Counted from the first letter of the stretch, positions 1 to 10,887 are shown. The stretch: DNA of 64,000 bases from an uncultured Veillonellaceae bacterium (GCA_963805085.1 CAWDTA010000004.1:288001-352000), one strand, 5' to 3'. A program made the numbers and translations. The notes: generated from the letters alone by a model not told the origin.

Positions 1-151
1 GGTTATCGGAAAATTGATGTTCTATATAATTTTCATTCGTGCCAACACCAATTGCAGTTTCTCCACTTGATAAATTATTGATAGGTGCAGCTGAAGCAAC
101 CCCTGTAGTAAGCGTTAAAATAGCTGCAAATGTTAATATACTTTTTTTCAA
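1..151 (-). CDS. 5' part of a secreted, probably outer-membrane protein (runs off the window)
   Basis: GGAGG RBS, then TTG at 151. Reads MKKSILTFAAILTLTTGVASA-APINNLSSGETAIGVGTNENYIEHQFSDN, a signal peptide with an ASA cleavage site. Not in the ORF track. Confidence 0.75.
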   Translation of the reverse strand, partial: MKKSILTFAAILTLTTGVASAAPINNLSSGETAIGVGTNENYIEHQFSDN

Positions 152-441
152 AATGAAATCCTCCTAAGTAGTTTTTATTCTATGACTAATCTGTTCTCAA
201 CTTTCCATTTTAGAATATAAAGTTGATCGATTATACAAAAATAATACTATACCAAATATTATTTTTGTACAATGGGAATAATGGCCAAGTAATATTTAAG
301 ACCGCTATTTACCGCAGTGTAGTATGTACCCTATAAAAATTATAGTATACAACTATTCTTTGAATTTTATAGGAGACCCGGCAGGACTTTTTTCCTATTT
401 TTAGTTGATCAATAAATTCTATTATACCACATAAATAAGAT

Positions 442-1566
442 TTATACGATTTTCTTTTGAAATTTAATTACACTGATTGCTAAAGTAGCGATAATAAATG
501 CAATCAGTGCCAAAGTCTGTGACCACAAGAAATTGATGCCGATTCCTTTTAAGACAATACCTCGCATAATTTCAAGATAAAACGTCAAAGGCAACAAATC
601 ACCTAGCAAATAAAAAAATGTCGGCATAGCTTCTCTCGGAAACATAAAACCCGAGAGTAAGACACTTGGCATAAAGATAAAGAAAGACAGCTGCATTGCC
701 TGCATTTGCGTTTGAGAAATTGTAGAAATCAATACACCTAACGTCAATGAAGCAACAATAAATAAAGAGGTCAAACCATAAAGCAAAGCAATACTTCCCT
801 GTATTGGCAAATCAAAAACTAGAATACCAACAATTAATGCTAATGTAGCTTGCACATAGCCAACAAAAATATAAGGGATGATTTTTCCTAACATTAATTC
901 ATATGATTTCATTGGCGTAACAATCAATTGCTCCAAAGTGCCACGCTCACGTTCCCGTACAATTGCCATTGAAGTAATCATTACCATCGTCATCGTCAAT
1001 ACAATCCCTAAAATTCCCGGAACCATATAAAAAGCCGATACAAAGTCTGGATTATACCATGGGCGAATGCGAATATCATACGGAGTGACCGTCGATTGCA
1101 CACCACTGTTTTGCATTTTTTTGACGATGATTTCCTGCGATTTGATCTGCCCGATCATTTGAGCAGTACTAATCGCTGAGGAAGCCGCTAATGAATCGGA
1201 TGCATCGACAATCACCTGCACCGTAGCACTACGTCCATGCTTAATATTTTCAGTAAAATCGGGTGGAATGATAATTCCTACTTTACTTTTGCCGCTTTCA
1301 ATCGCCTCTGTTACTTGTTGATAGTTCTGCGCAATATTTTTTACATCAAAATAACCACTTGCTGTAAATGAGTCTAATAAATCTCTGCTTTCCTGCTGCA
1401 AAGATTGGTCAAAGACAACCGTCGGCAGGTGTTTCACATCTGTATTGATTGCAAAACCAAACACCAAAAGTTGGATAATTGGCAATACTACCATCATACC
1501 AAAGGTCATACGATCCCGCTTCATTTGGATAAACTCTTTGATTAAAAGTGCTCTAAGTCGTCTCAT
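442..1566 (-). CDS. ABC-2 type exporter permease (YbhR/YbhS-like)
   Basis: IVRERERGTLEQL motif; N-terminal TM, extracytoplasmic loop and several C-terminal TM helices. Confidence 0.93.
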   Translation of the reverse strand: MRRLRALLIKEFIQMKRDRMTFGMMVVLPIIQLLVFGFAINTDVKHLPTVVFDQSLQQESRDLLDSFTASGYFDVKNIAQNYQQVTEAIESGKSKVGIIIPPDFTENIKHGRSATVQVIVDASDSLAASSAISTAQMIGQIKSQEIIVKKMQNSGVQSTVTPYDIRIRPWYNPDFVSAFYMVPGILGIVLTMTMVMITSMAIVRERERGTLEQLIVTPMKSYELMLGKIIPYIFVGYVQATLALIVGILVFDLPIQGSIALLYGLTSLFIVASLTLGVLISTISQTQMQAMQLSFFIFMPSVLLSGFMFPREAMPTFFYLLGDLLPLTFYLEIMRGIVLKGIGINFLWSQTLALIAFIIATLAISVIKFQKKIV

Positions 1567-2468
1567 TTGCTTAGCTCCTTTCGCTTGGATTTTACATAAT
1601 GAACAAAGACATCTTCTAGGGACGGAGCAATGATCTTATAGTTGTAATGAGCGAATTCTTCTAATTGTTCAACAAGAATCAATACATGAATACTTGTGCC
1701 ATAAGGATAGATATCTAATACAGAAATCTTTTTTTCCATAAAACTCTGAAGCATTTCCATCGGGTCGTCAGCGGGAATTTCTAATAAAACTCCAGTAATT
1801 TTCTTTTTCAAGTTGGCGGGAGTATCATTGGCAATCAGATTCCCATTATAAATAAAACCAATCTCATCGCAATGTTCAGCCTCATCCATGAAATGCGTTG
1901 TTACCATCACCGTCGTTCCAGCTACTGCTAGCTGATAAATGATATCCCAAAATAGCCGACGCGATTTTGGATCAACACCGCCTGTGGGTTCATCAAGAAA
2001 CAAAATTGGTGGTTTATGCAAAATCGAGCACCCCAATGCCAAACGTTGCTTCCAACCACCAGATAAATTTACAGTTAGTTCATTACGCCTGTTTTGTAAA
2101 CCTGCCATTTCGAGCATTTCTTCCATACGAATTTTTTTCTCCGCAGTATGTAGTTCATACATTCCCGCATAAAATTCTAAATTTTCCTGTACCGTCAAAT
2201 CATCATATAAACTAAATTTTTGGGACATATAGCCAATTTTTCTTTTAATAGCCTCTGCATCTCGCGCTAAATCAAGTCCCAAAATACTACCACTGCCAGA
2301 GGTCAGTTCCAAAATACCGCACAACATCTTAATCGTTGTGGATTTACCAGAACCATTAGGCCCGAGAAAGCCGTAGATACTGCCGGGTTTAATGGCTAAG
2401 CTAACATTGTTAACAGCAATAAATGAACCAAACTTTCTCGTCAAATTTTTCGTTTCTACTGCGTACAT
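1563..2468 (-). CDS. ABC transporter ATP-binding protein
   Basis: Walker A GPNGSGKS, signature LSGGW, Walker B LFLDEPT. Confidence 0.95.
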   Translation of the reverse strand: MYAVETKNLTRKFGSFIAVNNVSLAIKPGSIYGFLGPNGSGKSTTIKMLCGILELTSGSGSILGLDLARDAEAIKRKIGYMSQKFSLYDDLTVQENLEFYAGMYELHTAEKKIRMEEMLEMAGLQNRRNELTVNLSGGWKQRLALGCSILHKPPILFLDEPTGGVDPKSRRLFWDIIYQLAVAGTTVMVTTHFMDEAEHCDEIGFIYNGNLIANDTPANLKKKITGVLLEIPADDPMEMLQSFMEKKISVLDIYPYGTSIHVLILVEQLEEFAHYNYKIIAPSLEDVFVHYVKSKRKELSK

Positions 2469-2470
2469 TA

Positions 2471-3370
2471 TCAGCCCTCCTCATTAGCCATCGCCACAAA
2501 AGCATCTTCCAGTGTCGGGGAAATTTCTTCTAACGAGAAAATATCAATTTCTTGTGCTGCAAGCGCGCTCCTCACTGCTAAAATTGCTTCTAGCGGGTCA
2601 TCCACAATCAAATGATATTTATCACCAAACGCATTCATATCTCGCAAATTGCAGTTTTGTAAATATTTTTTTATATCTTTACGATTGGTTTGCAATTCCA
2701 AAACTTTATATGGATACTGATCACGCAACCCCTGTGGTGACTGACACGATACAATCTTACCATTATGCATAAACGCAATTCTATTGCATAATTCAGCTTC
2801 ATCCATATAAGGGGTTGAAACAAACACCGTCATTCCTTCTTTGTTTAAACTATACAGCATCTGCCAAAACTCCCGCCTGGATACTGGATCTACCCCTGTT
2901 GTCGGTTCGTCGAGAAAAAATAGTTTAGGTCGATGCATCAGACCTGCTGCCAAGGCTAATTTTTGTTTCATACCACCTGACAAATTATCTGCCAAACGAT
3001 CTTTAAATGGCAACAAACTTGTAAAAGTTAAAATTTCATTAGCAAGCTTTTCCACTTGGTTTGGTACTGATCCATATAAAGCCCCCATTAGACGAATATT
3101 CTCAATCACTGTAAGATCCCCATACAAACTAAATTTTTGCGGTACATAACCAATGTACTGCTTGATTGTTTCCAAGGATTGATTGCCCATTACGATAATG
3201 CGTCCAGTATTTGCCGCCAAAATACCAGTAATCATACGAATTACGGTCGTTTTACCTGCCCCATCAGGCCCTACCAGTCCGAATATTTCCCCTTCCTTTA
3301 CGGTCAGTGAAATATGATCTACGGCAACTGTCTGACCAAACTGTTTGGTTACGCCTTGCAGCTGAATCAT
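2471..3370 (-). CDS. ABC transporter ATP-binding protein
   Basis: Walker A GPDGAGKT, LSGGM, FFLDEPT; resembles the N-terminal half of YbhF. Confidence 0.95.
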   Translation of the reverse strand: MIQLQGVTKQFGQTVAVDHISLTVKEGEIFGLVGPDGAGKTTVIRMITGILAANTGRIIVMGNQSLETIKQYIGYVPQKFSLYGDLTVIENIRLMGALYGSVPNQVEKLANEILTFTSLLPFKDRLADNLSGGMKQKLALAAGLMHRPKLFFLDEPTTGVDPVSRREFWQMLYSLNKEGMTVFVSTPYMDEAELCNRIAFMHNGKIVSCQSPQGLRDQYPYKVLELQTNRKDIKKYLQNCNLRDMNAFGDKYHLIVDDPLEAILAVRSALAAQEIDIFSLEEISPTLEDAFVAMANEEG

Positions 3371-4341
3371 TTTATCACCACATCTGCTGGCATACCTGGT
3401 TTTAAAATGCCCTCTGCATTATCAATTTGTACTTTAACCGCAAAGACCAAATTAGCGCGTTCACGCTGGGTAATACTTTGGCGTGGCGTAAATTCAGCAT
3501 TTTGACTAATTTCTTTTATTGTTCCCATAAATACTTTATCCGGAAAAGAATCAATAACAACATCTGCCTGCTGGCCAACTTTGATTTGTCCAAGTTGTGT
3601 GGACGATATATGTACCTTAACCCAACAATCATTCATGTCACCAACTGTAGCAATCGCTGCTCCAGCATTTACATATTCACCATCTTCAAAATTTTTTGTC
3701 AGAACCAAACCAGCGAGTGGGCTAGCAATCACCGTATCATCAACCTGTGTATGGCTCGCTTCGACAATTGCTTTATTCCGCTCTACTTCTATTCTTTGCG
3801 CTTCAATTTTATCTGGGCGATTTCCTTCTTTCACTAAGGCTTCATTTTCCTTAGCTGAATCCAAGGAATGATAAGCTACCTCATAGCTAGAACGGGCATT
3901 GTCAAGCTGCTGGGTTGCAATCGCACCTTGGGCATATAAAGCTTGATACCGCGCTAAATCAGCTTCTGCTTTTTCAAAAACTGACTCTGCTGATCCAACC
4001 GCCGCACTTGCTTGGCTCATCTCTTGACTACGTGCGCCTTTTTCCAAATCTCTTAGTTCTGCCTGGGCTTTCGTTAAAGCGGCTTCATCACGGAGCAATT
4101 GTGCCTTTAAATCGGGTCTAGCGATATAAAGTACAACTTGTCCAGCTTGCAACGCATCGCCTTCTTTCATTTTGAGTTGTGTAATATAACCACTCACCTT
4201 AGGCGTAATATCGACTCTCGTCACTTCGATTGTTCCAGTAGCATTGATTCCTGTTGGCTCACGATTATATAATTTATAACCTGCCGCACCGATAGCGATA
4301 ACTAAAATAACGACTAGCACAATGATTTTCGATTTACTCAT
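3367..4341 (-). CDS. HlyD/YbhG-family efflux periplasmic adaptor
   Basis: N-terminal TM, ATGTIE, coiled-coil hairpin, AEFTP and LKPGMPADV motifs. Confidence 0.93.
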   Translation of the reverse strand: MSKSKIIVLVVILVIAIGAAGYKLYNREPTGINATGTIEVTRVDITPKVSGYITQLKMKEGDALQAGQVVLYIARPDLKAQLLRDEAALTKAQAELRDLEKGARSQEMSQASAAVGSAESVFEKAEADLARYQALYAQGAIATQQLDNARSSYEVAYHSLDSAKENEALVKEGNRPDKIEAQRIEVERNKAIVEASHTQVDDTVIASPLAGLVLTKNFEDGEYVNAGAAIATVGDMNDCWVKVHISSTQLGQIKVGQQADVVIDSFPDKVFMGTIKEISQNAEFTPRQSITQRERANLVFAVKVQIDNAEGILKPGMPADVVIK

Positions 4342-4936
4342 AATTAATCCTCCTCACGCCATTTAAATAGATATTCACTGCCTGGATGACATATTTTTCA
4401 TCATGATCGACATTGTCAACTAAAAATTCTTTGGTTATTGGTCGCGCAATAAAATAAAAATTCATAATTCCTGCCAATGAAATACTAGCATAGGTCGGGT
4501 CAAGATCAGAGTTAAAATAACCTTCTTTTACTCCATCGGTAAATGCTTGAGAAATAAACTTAAAAAACCGCGAAATATATTTTTCGACAATGATTTTTAA
4601 AGCAAACGTAGGGTTCGTCAATTCACTATGCATAAATCGCATCAAATATGGTTTTTTTTTATGAACTGATAATATCATTTTTGCATAATACTGAATTCGT
4701 TCGGGTGGGGTTGCTTCTAGTTTTTCAAAAGCCTCCACCAACGTATCTGCTGGTGAAAATAGCTCTTCTAATACCCCTAAATACAAGCCATCTTTTCCAC
4801 CAAAGTAATAAGAAATAAGTGCACTATTGACATTTGCGGCTTCTGCTAATTCCCGAATTGAAACACCTGCTAATCCTTTTTCCGCCAACAAAGGAATCGC
4901 TGCTTCAATTAATTTTGTGCGAGAATTTTTCTCCAA
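4334..4936 (-). CDS. TetR/AcrR-family regulator
   Basis: HTH SIRELAEAANVNSALISYYFGGKDGLY; first gene of the efflux operon. Confidence 0.93.
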   Translation of the reverse strand: MEKNSRTKLIEAAIPLLAEKGLAGVSIRELAEAANVNSALISYYFGGKDGLYLGVLEELFSPADTLVEAFEKLEATPPERIQYYAKMILSVHKKKPYLMRFMHSELTNPTFALKIIVEKYISRFFKFISQAFTDGVKEGYFNSDLDPTYASISLAGIMNFYFIARPITKEFLVDNVDHDEKYVIQAVNIYLNGVRRINYE

Positions 4937-4955
4937 ATTAACCCCTCCTCTTAAC

Positions 4956-4977
4956 TTTAATTAATCGATTGATTAAA
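4956..4977. promoter_or_regulatory. Probable TetR operator
   Basis: Near-perfect palindrome TTTAATTAATCGATTGATTAAA just upstream of the tetR RBS. Confidence 0.6.
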
Positions 4978-5023
4978 TTGTAATACTAATTTATGGAATA
5001 GTCTAGACTTTTTTACTAAAATA

Positions 5024-5061
5024 AACAGCTCCATTTATAATCCATTACAAACGGAGCTGTT
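5024..5061 (-). terminator. Intrinsic terminator after the symporter
   Basis: AACAGCTCC...GGAGCTGTT stem followed by a T-rich tract on the minus strand. Confidence 0.6.
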
Positions 5062-5095
5062 AGAAGTTTATATTATTTTTATAAAAGCAAGTATC

Positions 5096-6517
5096 CTACT
5101 CTTTACTTTTTGCCGGAAATGCATACATCATAGCAATCATAAGAATGATTGTTAATAAAATCGCTGTTGATTGCGCGTTAAGAATCCCCAATCCTCTACC
5201 AGCATTACCAAACTGCAATACCACCGTGGTAATAATCCCAGTAATAGCGCAAAGGAATGCCGCGGTTGTACTAGGTCTCTTAGAAAAAAGTCCAAACAAC
5301 ATTGGTGCCGTTAAGGAAACCGACATTAAAGAATAAAAAATAGATAACGCTGAAATTACATTCGGCAGTATAATCGCCATAACGACCCCAATGATTCCGG
5401 CTACAATAGTAACAATTCGACTACTTTTCAAAAGTTCTTCATCCGAAATATCTGGCTTGATAAAAGATTTATAGAGATCTTTAGTAAAAGAAGAAGTAAT
5501 CATATATAATACAGCATCTGCCGCACTGATTTCAGCCGAAAAAATAGCCGCTAGAGCTAGTGCCGATGCCCAAAAAGGCATACACTCTTTCATGACAATC
5601 GGCAATGCCAAATCACGCTCTGTCAAATTAGGCACGACTACTGAAGCTGCCATTCCCAAAATTACTGGAATCACGGAAAAAGCCAGCATAACAAGACCAC
5701 AAAGCAATGTACTAATCAAGACAGTTTTCTCATTTTTGGCACCATATACCTTGCCGATAAGCCCTGGAGAAATAAAAAAAGATGGTGTCAACATCAAAAA
5801 GAACCCCATAATCGTCGTTAATCCCACACCATCAGTGCTAAAATAACTAGTAGTTTTCACCGCATCACCTAGATTTATGGCAACCTGCGCTTCTAAACCA
5901 CCCCAACCACCAACAAAATTCAAGACAAACGGCACAGCAATAAAAAAGCCGACCAACTTTACGGTCGCTTCAATAACATTGACATAAGCTGCCGCTAACA
6001 GACCACCAGCACAAAAATATAATACCACGACAACTGCACCAATCAAAATCCCAACGGGTTTTGTTACACCTGCAACAACGGATAAAATCCAAGCAATCCC
6101 CATTAGCTGTCCAGCAAAAATCGCAATTGTACCAATGGCCATCATCAGCGAAATCAAACCACGAAAATTTCGATTATACCGAAAATCTAGGTAATCACCT
6201 AATGTATAAAAATTATGTTTTTTCGCCAATCGCCAAATAGCTGGGCCAACAAAAATGGCCAATATAAACGTCCCTATTGCTGATGCAATAATCCACCAAA
6301 TTGCTGATATTCCTAGTTGATAGCCTAGCCCAGCTACACCAACGGTAGAACCAGCTCCAATATTCGGTGCAACCAAAGTGATAAATAAAAGTATCGGGCC
6401 AAACTTTCTGCCCCCTACAAAAAAGTCATCTGCGCCTTTCACACGTTTTCTCATAACCATCCCAACAGCGATCAAAAACAATGCATAAAGCGCAATGACC
6501 CAAACATATCCATTCAT
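5096..6517 (-). CDS. Sodium:solute symporter family protein
   Basis: DDFFVGGR motif, many TM helices, AAIFSAEIS. Confidence 0.9.
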   Translation of the reverse strand: MNGYVWVIALYALFLIAVGMVMRKRVKGADDFFVGGRKFGPILLFITLVAPNIGAGSTVGVAGLGYQLGISAIWWIIASAIGTFILAIFVGPAIWRLAKKHNFYTLGDYLDFRYNRNFRGLISLMMAIGTIAIFAGQLMGIAWILSVVAGVTKPVGILIGAVVVVLYFCAGGLLAAAYVNVIEATVKLVGFFIAVPFVLNFVGGWGGLEAQVAINLGDAVKTTSYFSTDGVGLTTIMGFFLMLTPSFFISPGLIGKVYGAKNEKTVLISTLLCGLVMLAFSVIPVILGMAASVVVPNLTERDLALPIVMKECMPFWASALALAAIFSAEISAADAVLYMITSSFTKDLYKSFIKPDISDEELLKSSRIVTIVAGIIGVVMAIILPNVISALSIFYSLMSVSLTAPMLFGLFSKRPSTTAAFLCAITGIITTVVLQFGNAGRGLGILNAQSTAILLTIILMIAMMYAFPAKSKE

Positions 6518-6545
6518 TGCCTATTCCTCCCCTACGACAAAACGA

Positions 6546-7157
6546 CTACATCGTGATTAAACTTACTATCCCAAAGCTGGCAATAATAAAACCAGAAAAC
6601 TGATTTACATATTTAAGCTTTTTCGTATCAAAGCTTGCTCGAAGTGCATTTACCGTTCCACTTAATAGTAGCCACCAAAGCATCGAACCGAGAAAAACGC
6701 CAAAAACTAAGAATCCAGCGAGTGTATAGCTTTCCCCAGTCGTACCTATCCCGAGTCCGGCAAAAACCGCCGCAAAAGACATGATCGTCATCGGGTTCGT
6801 CAAGGTTAGGAAAAATGCTGAAGTATAAGCACCGAAAATGCCTTTACCACTCGTTTGCGCCGCTGTTTCCGCGGGAATTGACCGATATGTGGTATAGCCC
6901 AAATAAAGTAAAAACAAACCACCAAGAAAACGTAGATAAAATTGATGATCGAATAAAAAATCAGAAATAATCGTAACCCCAAACGCTGCGATGCAGCCAT
7001 ACATCGCATCAGCAGTTGCTGTTCCTAGCCCCGAAAGCACACCAGTGAACATGCCCTTTGCTAAAGTGCGCCGAATACATAGGACGCCAATTGGACCTAC
7101 TGGAGCCGCAATAGAAGATCCTAGAATTATTCCTTTCATAAAAAAGATCAATTCCAT
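6546..7157 (-). CDS. LysE/RhtB-family amino-acid exporter
   Basis: IAAPVGPIGVLCIRRTL and LTLTNP motifs; start refined to ATG 7157. Confidence 0.9.
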   Translation of the reverse strand: MELIFFMKGIILGSSIAAPVGPIGVLCIRRTLAKGMFTGVLSGLGTATADAMYGCIAAFGVTIISDFLFDHQFYLRFLGGLFLLYLGYTTYRSIPAETAAQTSGKGIFGAYTSAFFLTLTNPMTIMSFAAVFAGLGIGTTGESYTLAGFLVFGVFLGSMLWWLLLSGTVNALRASFDTKKLKYVNQFSGFIIASFGIVSLITM

Positions 7158-7164
7158 CTTAAAA

Positions 7165-7623
7165 TTACCCTCTTTCAACTTTGATCGGTAATACTGGAGT
7201 TTCCTTAACCGTGGATAAAATGATCGTAGTCCGAGTTTTCATCCCTGATAAAGATTTAATTTTTTCACTTATTAAAAGTTCAAGATCACGAGTACCTGAA
7301 CAACGCACTTTAAGAATATAGTCTTCTTCACCTGCTATGTGATGACACTCTAATATTTCTGGCAGGTTATTTACCATAGTTAAAAACTCTTTTCTCTGCT
7401 CGGTTCGTTCTAATGTTACAGAAATTAAAGCAGCTAATCCACAGCCAACCTCGTCTGGATTGATTAATGCTGCATAACCTTTGATAATCCCCATTTCTTC
7501 CATCTTATGTACCCTATCAGCCGCAGCAGGAGCTGATAGCCCGAGAAGTGCTCCTAATTCGGCCCAACTTGTACGAGCCTTTTCCATAAGGTGTTTAATC
7601 GCTTTCAAATCGTTACTATTCAT
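7165..7623 (-). CDS. Lrp/AsnC-family regulator
   Basis: N-terminal HTH plus RAM domain (ECHHIAGEEDYILKV). Confidence 0.93.
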   Translation of the reverse strand: MNSNDLKAIKHLMEKARTSWAELGALLGLSAPAAADRVHKMEEMGIIKGYAALINPDEVGCGLAALISVTLERTEQRKEFLTMVNNLPEILECHHIAGEEDYILKVRCSGTRDLELLISEKIKSLSGMKTRTTIILSTVKETPVLPIKVERG

Positions 7624-7715
7624 GTTAAATAACCACCTTTTGCAAAGTTATATACAAATAATACATTCGTTTTAAATCATTGTCAATATTTCTTTGTAAA
7701 ATAAAGTTAATTATA

Positions 7716-7792
7716 GAGATAATAAAATCCGTACCAATCTGCTTCATACATTGCGTATTCCAGCGGATTTTGGTACGGATTTTTATTATCTC
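7716..7792 (-). terminator. Long hairpin/terminator after the aminotransferase
   Basis: GAGATAATAAAATCCGTACCAA ... TTGGTACGGATTTTTATTATCTC inverted repeat. Confidence 0.6.
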
Positions 7793-7838
7793 ATAACCAT
7801 TCTTGCCTCATTTAATAAACCGAATACTTCTTACATAG

Positions 7839-9032
7839 TTATCGGGTGCTATATTCCTTGATTGCTTTTGATAATCGCCTGATACCTTCACGGATTTTTT
7901 CTTCTGGCATATTGGAGTAATTTAACCGCAAGGTGTTTGTAACTCCACCATTAGGGAAAAATGAATCACCAGGAATAAACGCCACATTATTTTCTAAGCA
8001 ATCCTCTAATAATTGAATGGCCTTCATCTGTTTTGGAAGCTCTAGCCAAAGAAATAAACCTCCTTCGGGATGGGTAAAAGTCACACCCTCAGGCAATGTT
8101 GCTTGTAGCATTTCAATCATAACATCTCGCCGTGATCGGTATAACGCTACCAACTCCCCAATATGCGCTTCGAAATCGTATACGTCCATAAACTTAGCAA
8201 TCTCCATCTGACTTCTTATCGATGTACACAAATCTGCCCCTTGCTTTATTAGAATATATTTTTCAAGGATATCCGTATCAGCCGCTAGCCAGCCGATACG
8301 CAATCCCGGACAGAACGTTTTTGAAAAAGTACTCGTAAAAATGACCAGACCTTTTGTATCCATGGATTTTAAGGAAGGAAGTATCTTATTTTCAAACCGC
8401 AATTCGCCATAGGGATCATCCTCAATAACTGGGATTTCGTATTTACTTACCAGCCTCATAAACTCAATCCTACGTTCTAGAGACCAAGTTTTGCCTGTTG
8501 GGTTTTGAAAATCAGGTATTACATAAATTAGTTTTATTCTTTTTTGGCTAGTTAATACTTTTTCTAGCTCTTCGAGGATCATACCTTCATCATTCGTTTT
8601 TACGGCAATGAATTTAGGGGCATAAGCATTAAAAGCACTGATTGCTGCTAAATACGTGGGACTTTCACAAAGGACAATATCATCCTCATCTAAAAAAAGT
8701 TTACCAGAAAAATCCAACCCCTGCTGAGAACCGCAGGTAATTAAAATATGTTCCTTCCTGACAGTTGTTTGAAATTTCCGATTCATTCGCTCCGCTATTT
8801 TTTCTCTTAGCGGTTCATAGCCTTCCGTGGTTGAATATTGCAAAGCTTCATTGCCTTGCTCTTCTAAAACACTGACGGCAATTTTCTTCATCTTTTCTAC
8901 GGGAAATAGTTCCGGTGCCGGTAAACCACCGGCAAAGGATATCATTTCTTTTTTTTGCGTCAGCTTTAATATCTCGCGTATTTCAGATCTACGCAATAAA
9001 TTCATTCGTCTTGCAAAACTAATCGGCATCAT
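7839..9032 (-). CDS. PLP-dependent class I/II aminotransferase (LysN/ARO8-like)
   Basis: ISFAGGLPAPELFP, FQNPTG, EDDPYGEL, TFSKTFCPGLRIGW (PLP lysine). Confidence 0.92.
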   Translation of the reverse strand: MMPISFARRMNLLRRSEIREILKLTQKKEMISFAGGLPAPELFPVEKMKKIAVSVLEEQGNEALQYSTTEGYEPLREKIAERMNRKFQTTVRKEHILITCGSQQGLDFSGKLFLDEDDIVLCESPTYLAAISAFNAYAPKFIAVKTNDEGMILEELEKVLTSQKRIKLIYVIPDFQNPTGKTWSLERRIEFMRLVSKYEIPVIEDDPYGELRFENKILPSLKSMDTKGLVIFTSTFSKTFCPGLRIGWLAADTDILEKYILIKQGADLCTSIRSQMEIAKFMDVYDFEAHIGELVALYRSRRDVMIEMLQATLPEGVTFTHPEGGLFLWLELPKQMKAIQLLEDCLENNVAFIPGDSFFPNGGVTNTLRLNYSNMPEEKIREGIRRLSKAIKEYSTR

Positions 9033-9107
9033 TTGTCCACTCCTCAACTTCTTTTATATTACAGTTTTTTTATTTATATTAACTTGCAGGAATTAAATTG
9101 TAAATAT

Positions 9108-9137
9108 CCAATTTAATATAATTAAAATACCAATTTA
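9108..9137. promoter_or_regulatory. Candidate MocR operator (direct repeats)
   Basis: CCAATTTA at 9108 and 9130, between the divergent aminotransferase and MocR genes. Confidence 0.45.
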
Positions 9138-9160
9138 TTAAATTTAGGAGAAAATCATAA

Positions 9161-10672
9161 ATGGATATTACCAAAATAATCATGGATCTACGCGTTACAT
9201 CCTCACAAAACGCGCCACTCTACCTACAGCTAGCCAATGGCTTAGCAACAAAAATTCAAAATTTCACACTTGCTATTGGTACTAAACTTCCCCCAGAAAG
9301 AGAGCTTGCAAAATTACTGAATGTAAGCCGTACCACAGTAATTAATGCATACCGTTTGCTAGAAGATCAAGGCTTGATCAGTACCAAAATTGGCAGCGGA
9401 TCCTATGTAAATGAAGTATCGCAAGCCACCCAACCAAACGGGGCGATGCCTTGGGAACAGCTCTTCACCCCACAATATAACTCACCCCTCTCTTCCATAT
9501 TGCGTACATTAATTGATCCCCATACGATTGATGAAACAATATCTTTTGCTGCTGGTATGCCCGATCCAACGTTTTATCCGCTTTCCATCATGGAAAAAAC
9601 ACTTAATTCTAGCAAATATCACTTAGCCGCGGCTGACTTTGGCTACATTTCAACGGAAGGCTATCTTCCTTTGAAGCAATCATTAGCCACTTGGCAAGCT
9701 GAATTTGGAATTCATGCCACCCCTGAACAATTTCTTATTGTCTCTGGATCACAACAAGGTCTATACCTAATCGTAAAAGCTTTTATTGCCCCCAGAGACT
9801 ACATTATTCTAGAATCACCTACTTATCTAGGTGCTATTCAAGCCTTCGAAAATTCTGGCGCTCACATTTTAACTTTACCACCATCGGACCAGCTTAATTT
9901 TGAGCTACTTGAGGACTACCTTATCCGCTATCGCCCCAAATTAATGTATACAATTCCTACATTTCAAAATCCAACAGGACGCATTATGTCACTACAAGAC
10001 CGCCAGAAGCTAATCCAATTGGCCGGAAAATATCGTCTGGTAATCGTCGAGGATGATCCTTACAGCTTGCTATATTACGAACAAGAACCACCCGCATCGT
10101 TAAAAAGCCTTGATACTTACGGTGGTGTTATCTCTATAGGTACATTTTCCAAAACCGTTTTTCCCGGACTACGTACAGGCTGGATCACTGCTGCTGAGCA
10201 AGTGATTGATCGTCTGGCACAAGAAAAGCAGCATATTGATTTGCATAGCAATAACGTATCACAAATCATTCTTCATATCTGTCTAGAAGAAGGCTATCTA
10301 GAGAATCATTTATCCTTAATTCGCTTAGAATATAAAAAACGTCGCGATGCTATGGTTCACGCAATCAGACGTTATTGTAATGAATATCTTGAATTTACAA
10401 TTCCAACAGGAGGCTTTTATATCTGGTGCAAAGTGAAAGCACCTATATCAGTTACAGAACTAATTCGTCAAGCAGCGGTTGTCGGTGTTACTTTTGTTCC
10501 TGGTATTGCTTTTTATACCAATGGAACACGCAGTAATGAAATACGTCTTTGCTTTGTTACTCACCATGAAGATTTAATTAGGGAAGGAATACGAAAACTA
10601 GGGAAAATCCTTACATCTGGTGTAGCCAATAGCCTACACTCATCTCGCATGGCAGGTCGCCCTATCATTTAA
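9161..10672 (+). CDS. MocR/GabR-family regulator (GntR HTH plus aminotransferase domain)
   Basis: KLPPERELAKLLNVSRTTV HTH; TFSKTVFPGLRTGW. Confidence 0.93.
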   Translation: MDITKIIMDLRVTSSQNAPLYLQLANGLATKIQNFTLAIGTKLPPERELAKLLNVSRTTVINAYRLLEDQGLISTKIGSGSYVNEVSQATQPNGAMPWEQLFTPQYNSPLSSILRTLIDPHTIDETISFAAGMPDPTFYPLSIMEKTLNSSKYHLAAADFGYISTEGYLPLKQSLATWQAEFGIHATPEQFLIVSGSQQGLYLIVKAFIAPRDYIILESPTYLGAIQAFENSGAHILTLPPSDQLNFELLEDYLIRYRPKLMYTIPTFQNPTGRIMSLQDRQKLIQLAGKYRLVIVEDDPYSLLYYEQEPPASLKSLDTYGGVISIGTFSKTVFPGLRTGWITAAEQVIDRLAQEKQHIDLHSNNVSQIILHICLEEGYLENHLSLIRLEYKKRRDAMVHAIRRYCNEYLEFTIPTGGFYIWCKVKAPISVTELIRQAAVVGVTFVPGIAFYTNGTRSNEIRLCFVTHHEDLIREGIRKLGKILTSGVANSLHSSRMAGRPII

Positions 10673-10694
10673 AGTTATGGGAAATTCGTTCGAA

Positions 10695-10744
10695 TAAAAA
10701 GAGCAACCGGGTACGAATTCATTTCGTACCCGGTTGCTCTTTTA
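10695..10744. terminator. Bidirectional intrinsic terminator
   Basis: TAAAAAGAGCAACCGGGTACGAA...TTCGTACCCGGTTGCTCTTTTA between convergent genes. Confidence 0.8.
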
Positions 10745-10887
10745 ATCTAACAATAATTTAGTATTATAATCTTATATAAAATTATTTTGCAAAAATACTT
10801 TAGCAGCGGCTTGGATATACCCCTCCTGCTAACAATAAAAACCTTCGAAATTCAGCATAATTACGGGTCTGATTAAGCTGACCTAGA

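Noticed and set aside
442-4936. Two separate ATPases in the ABC-2 operon as a novelty
   Set aside because: This is equivalent to a split YbhF in the common TetR-YbhG-YbhF-YbhR architecture.
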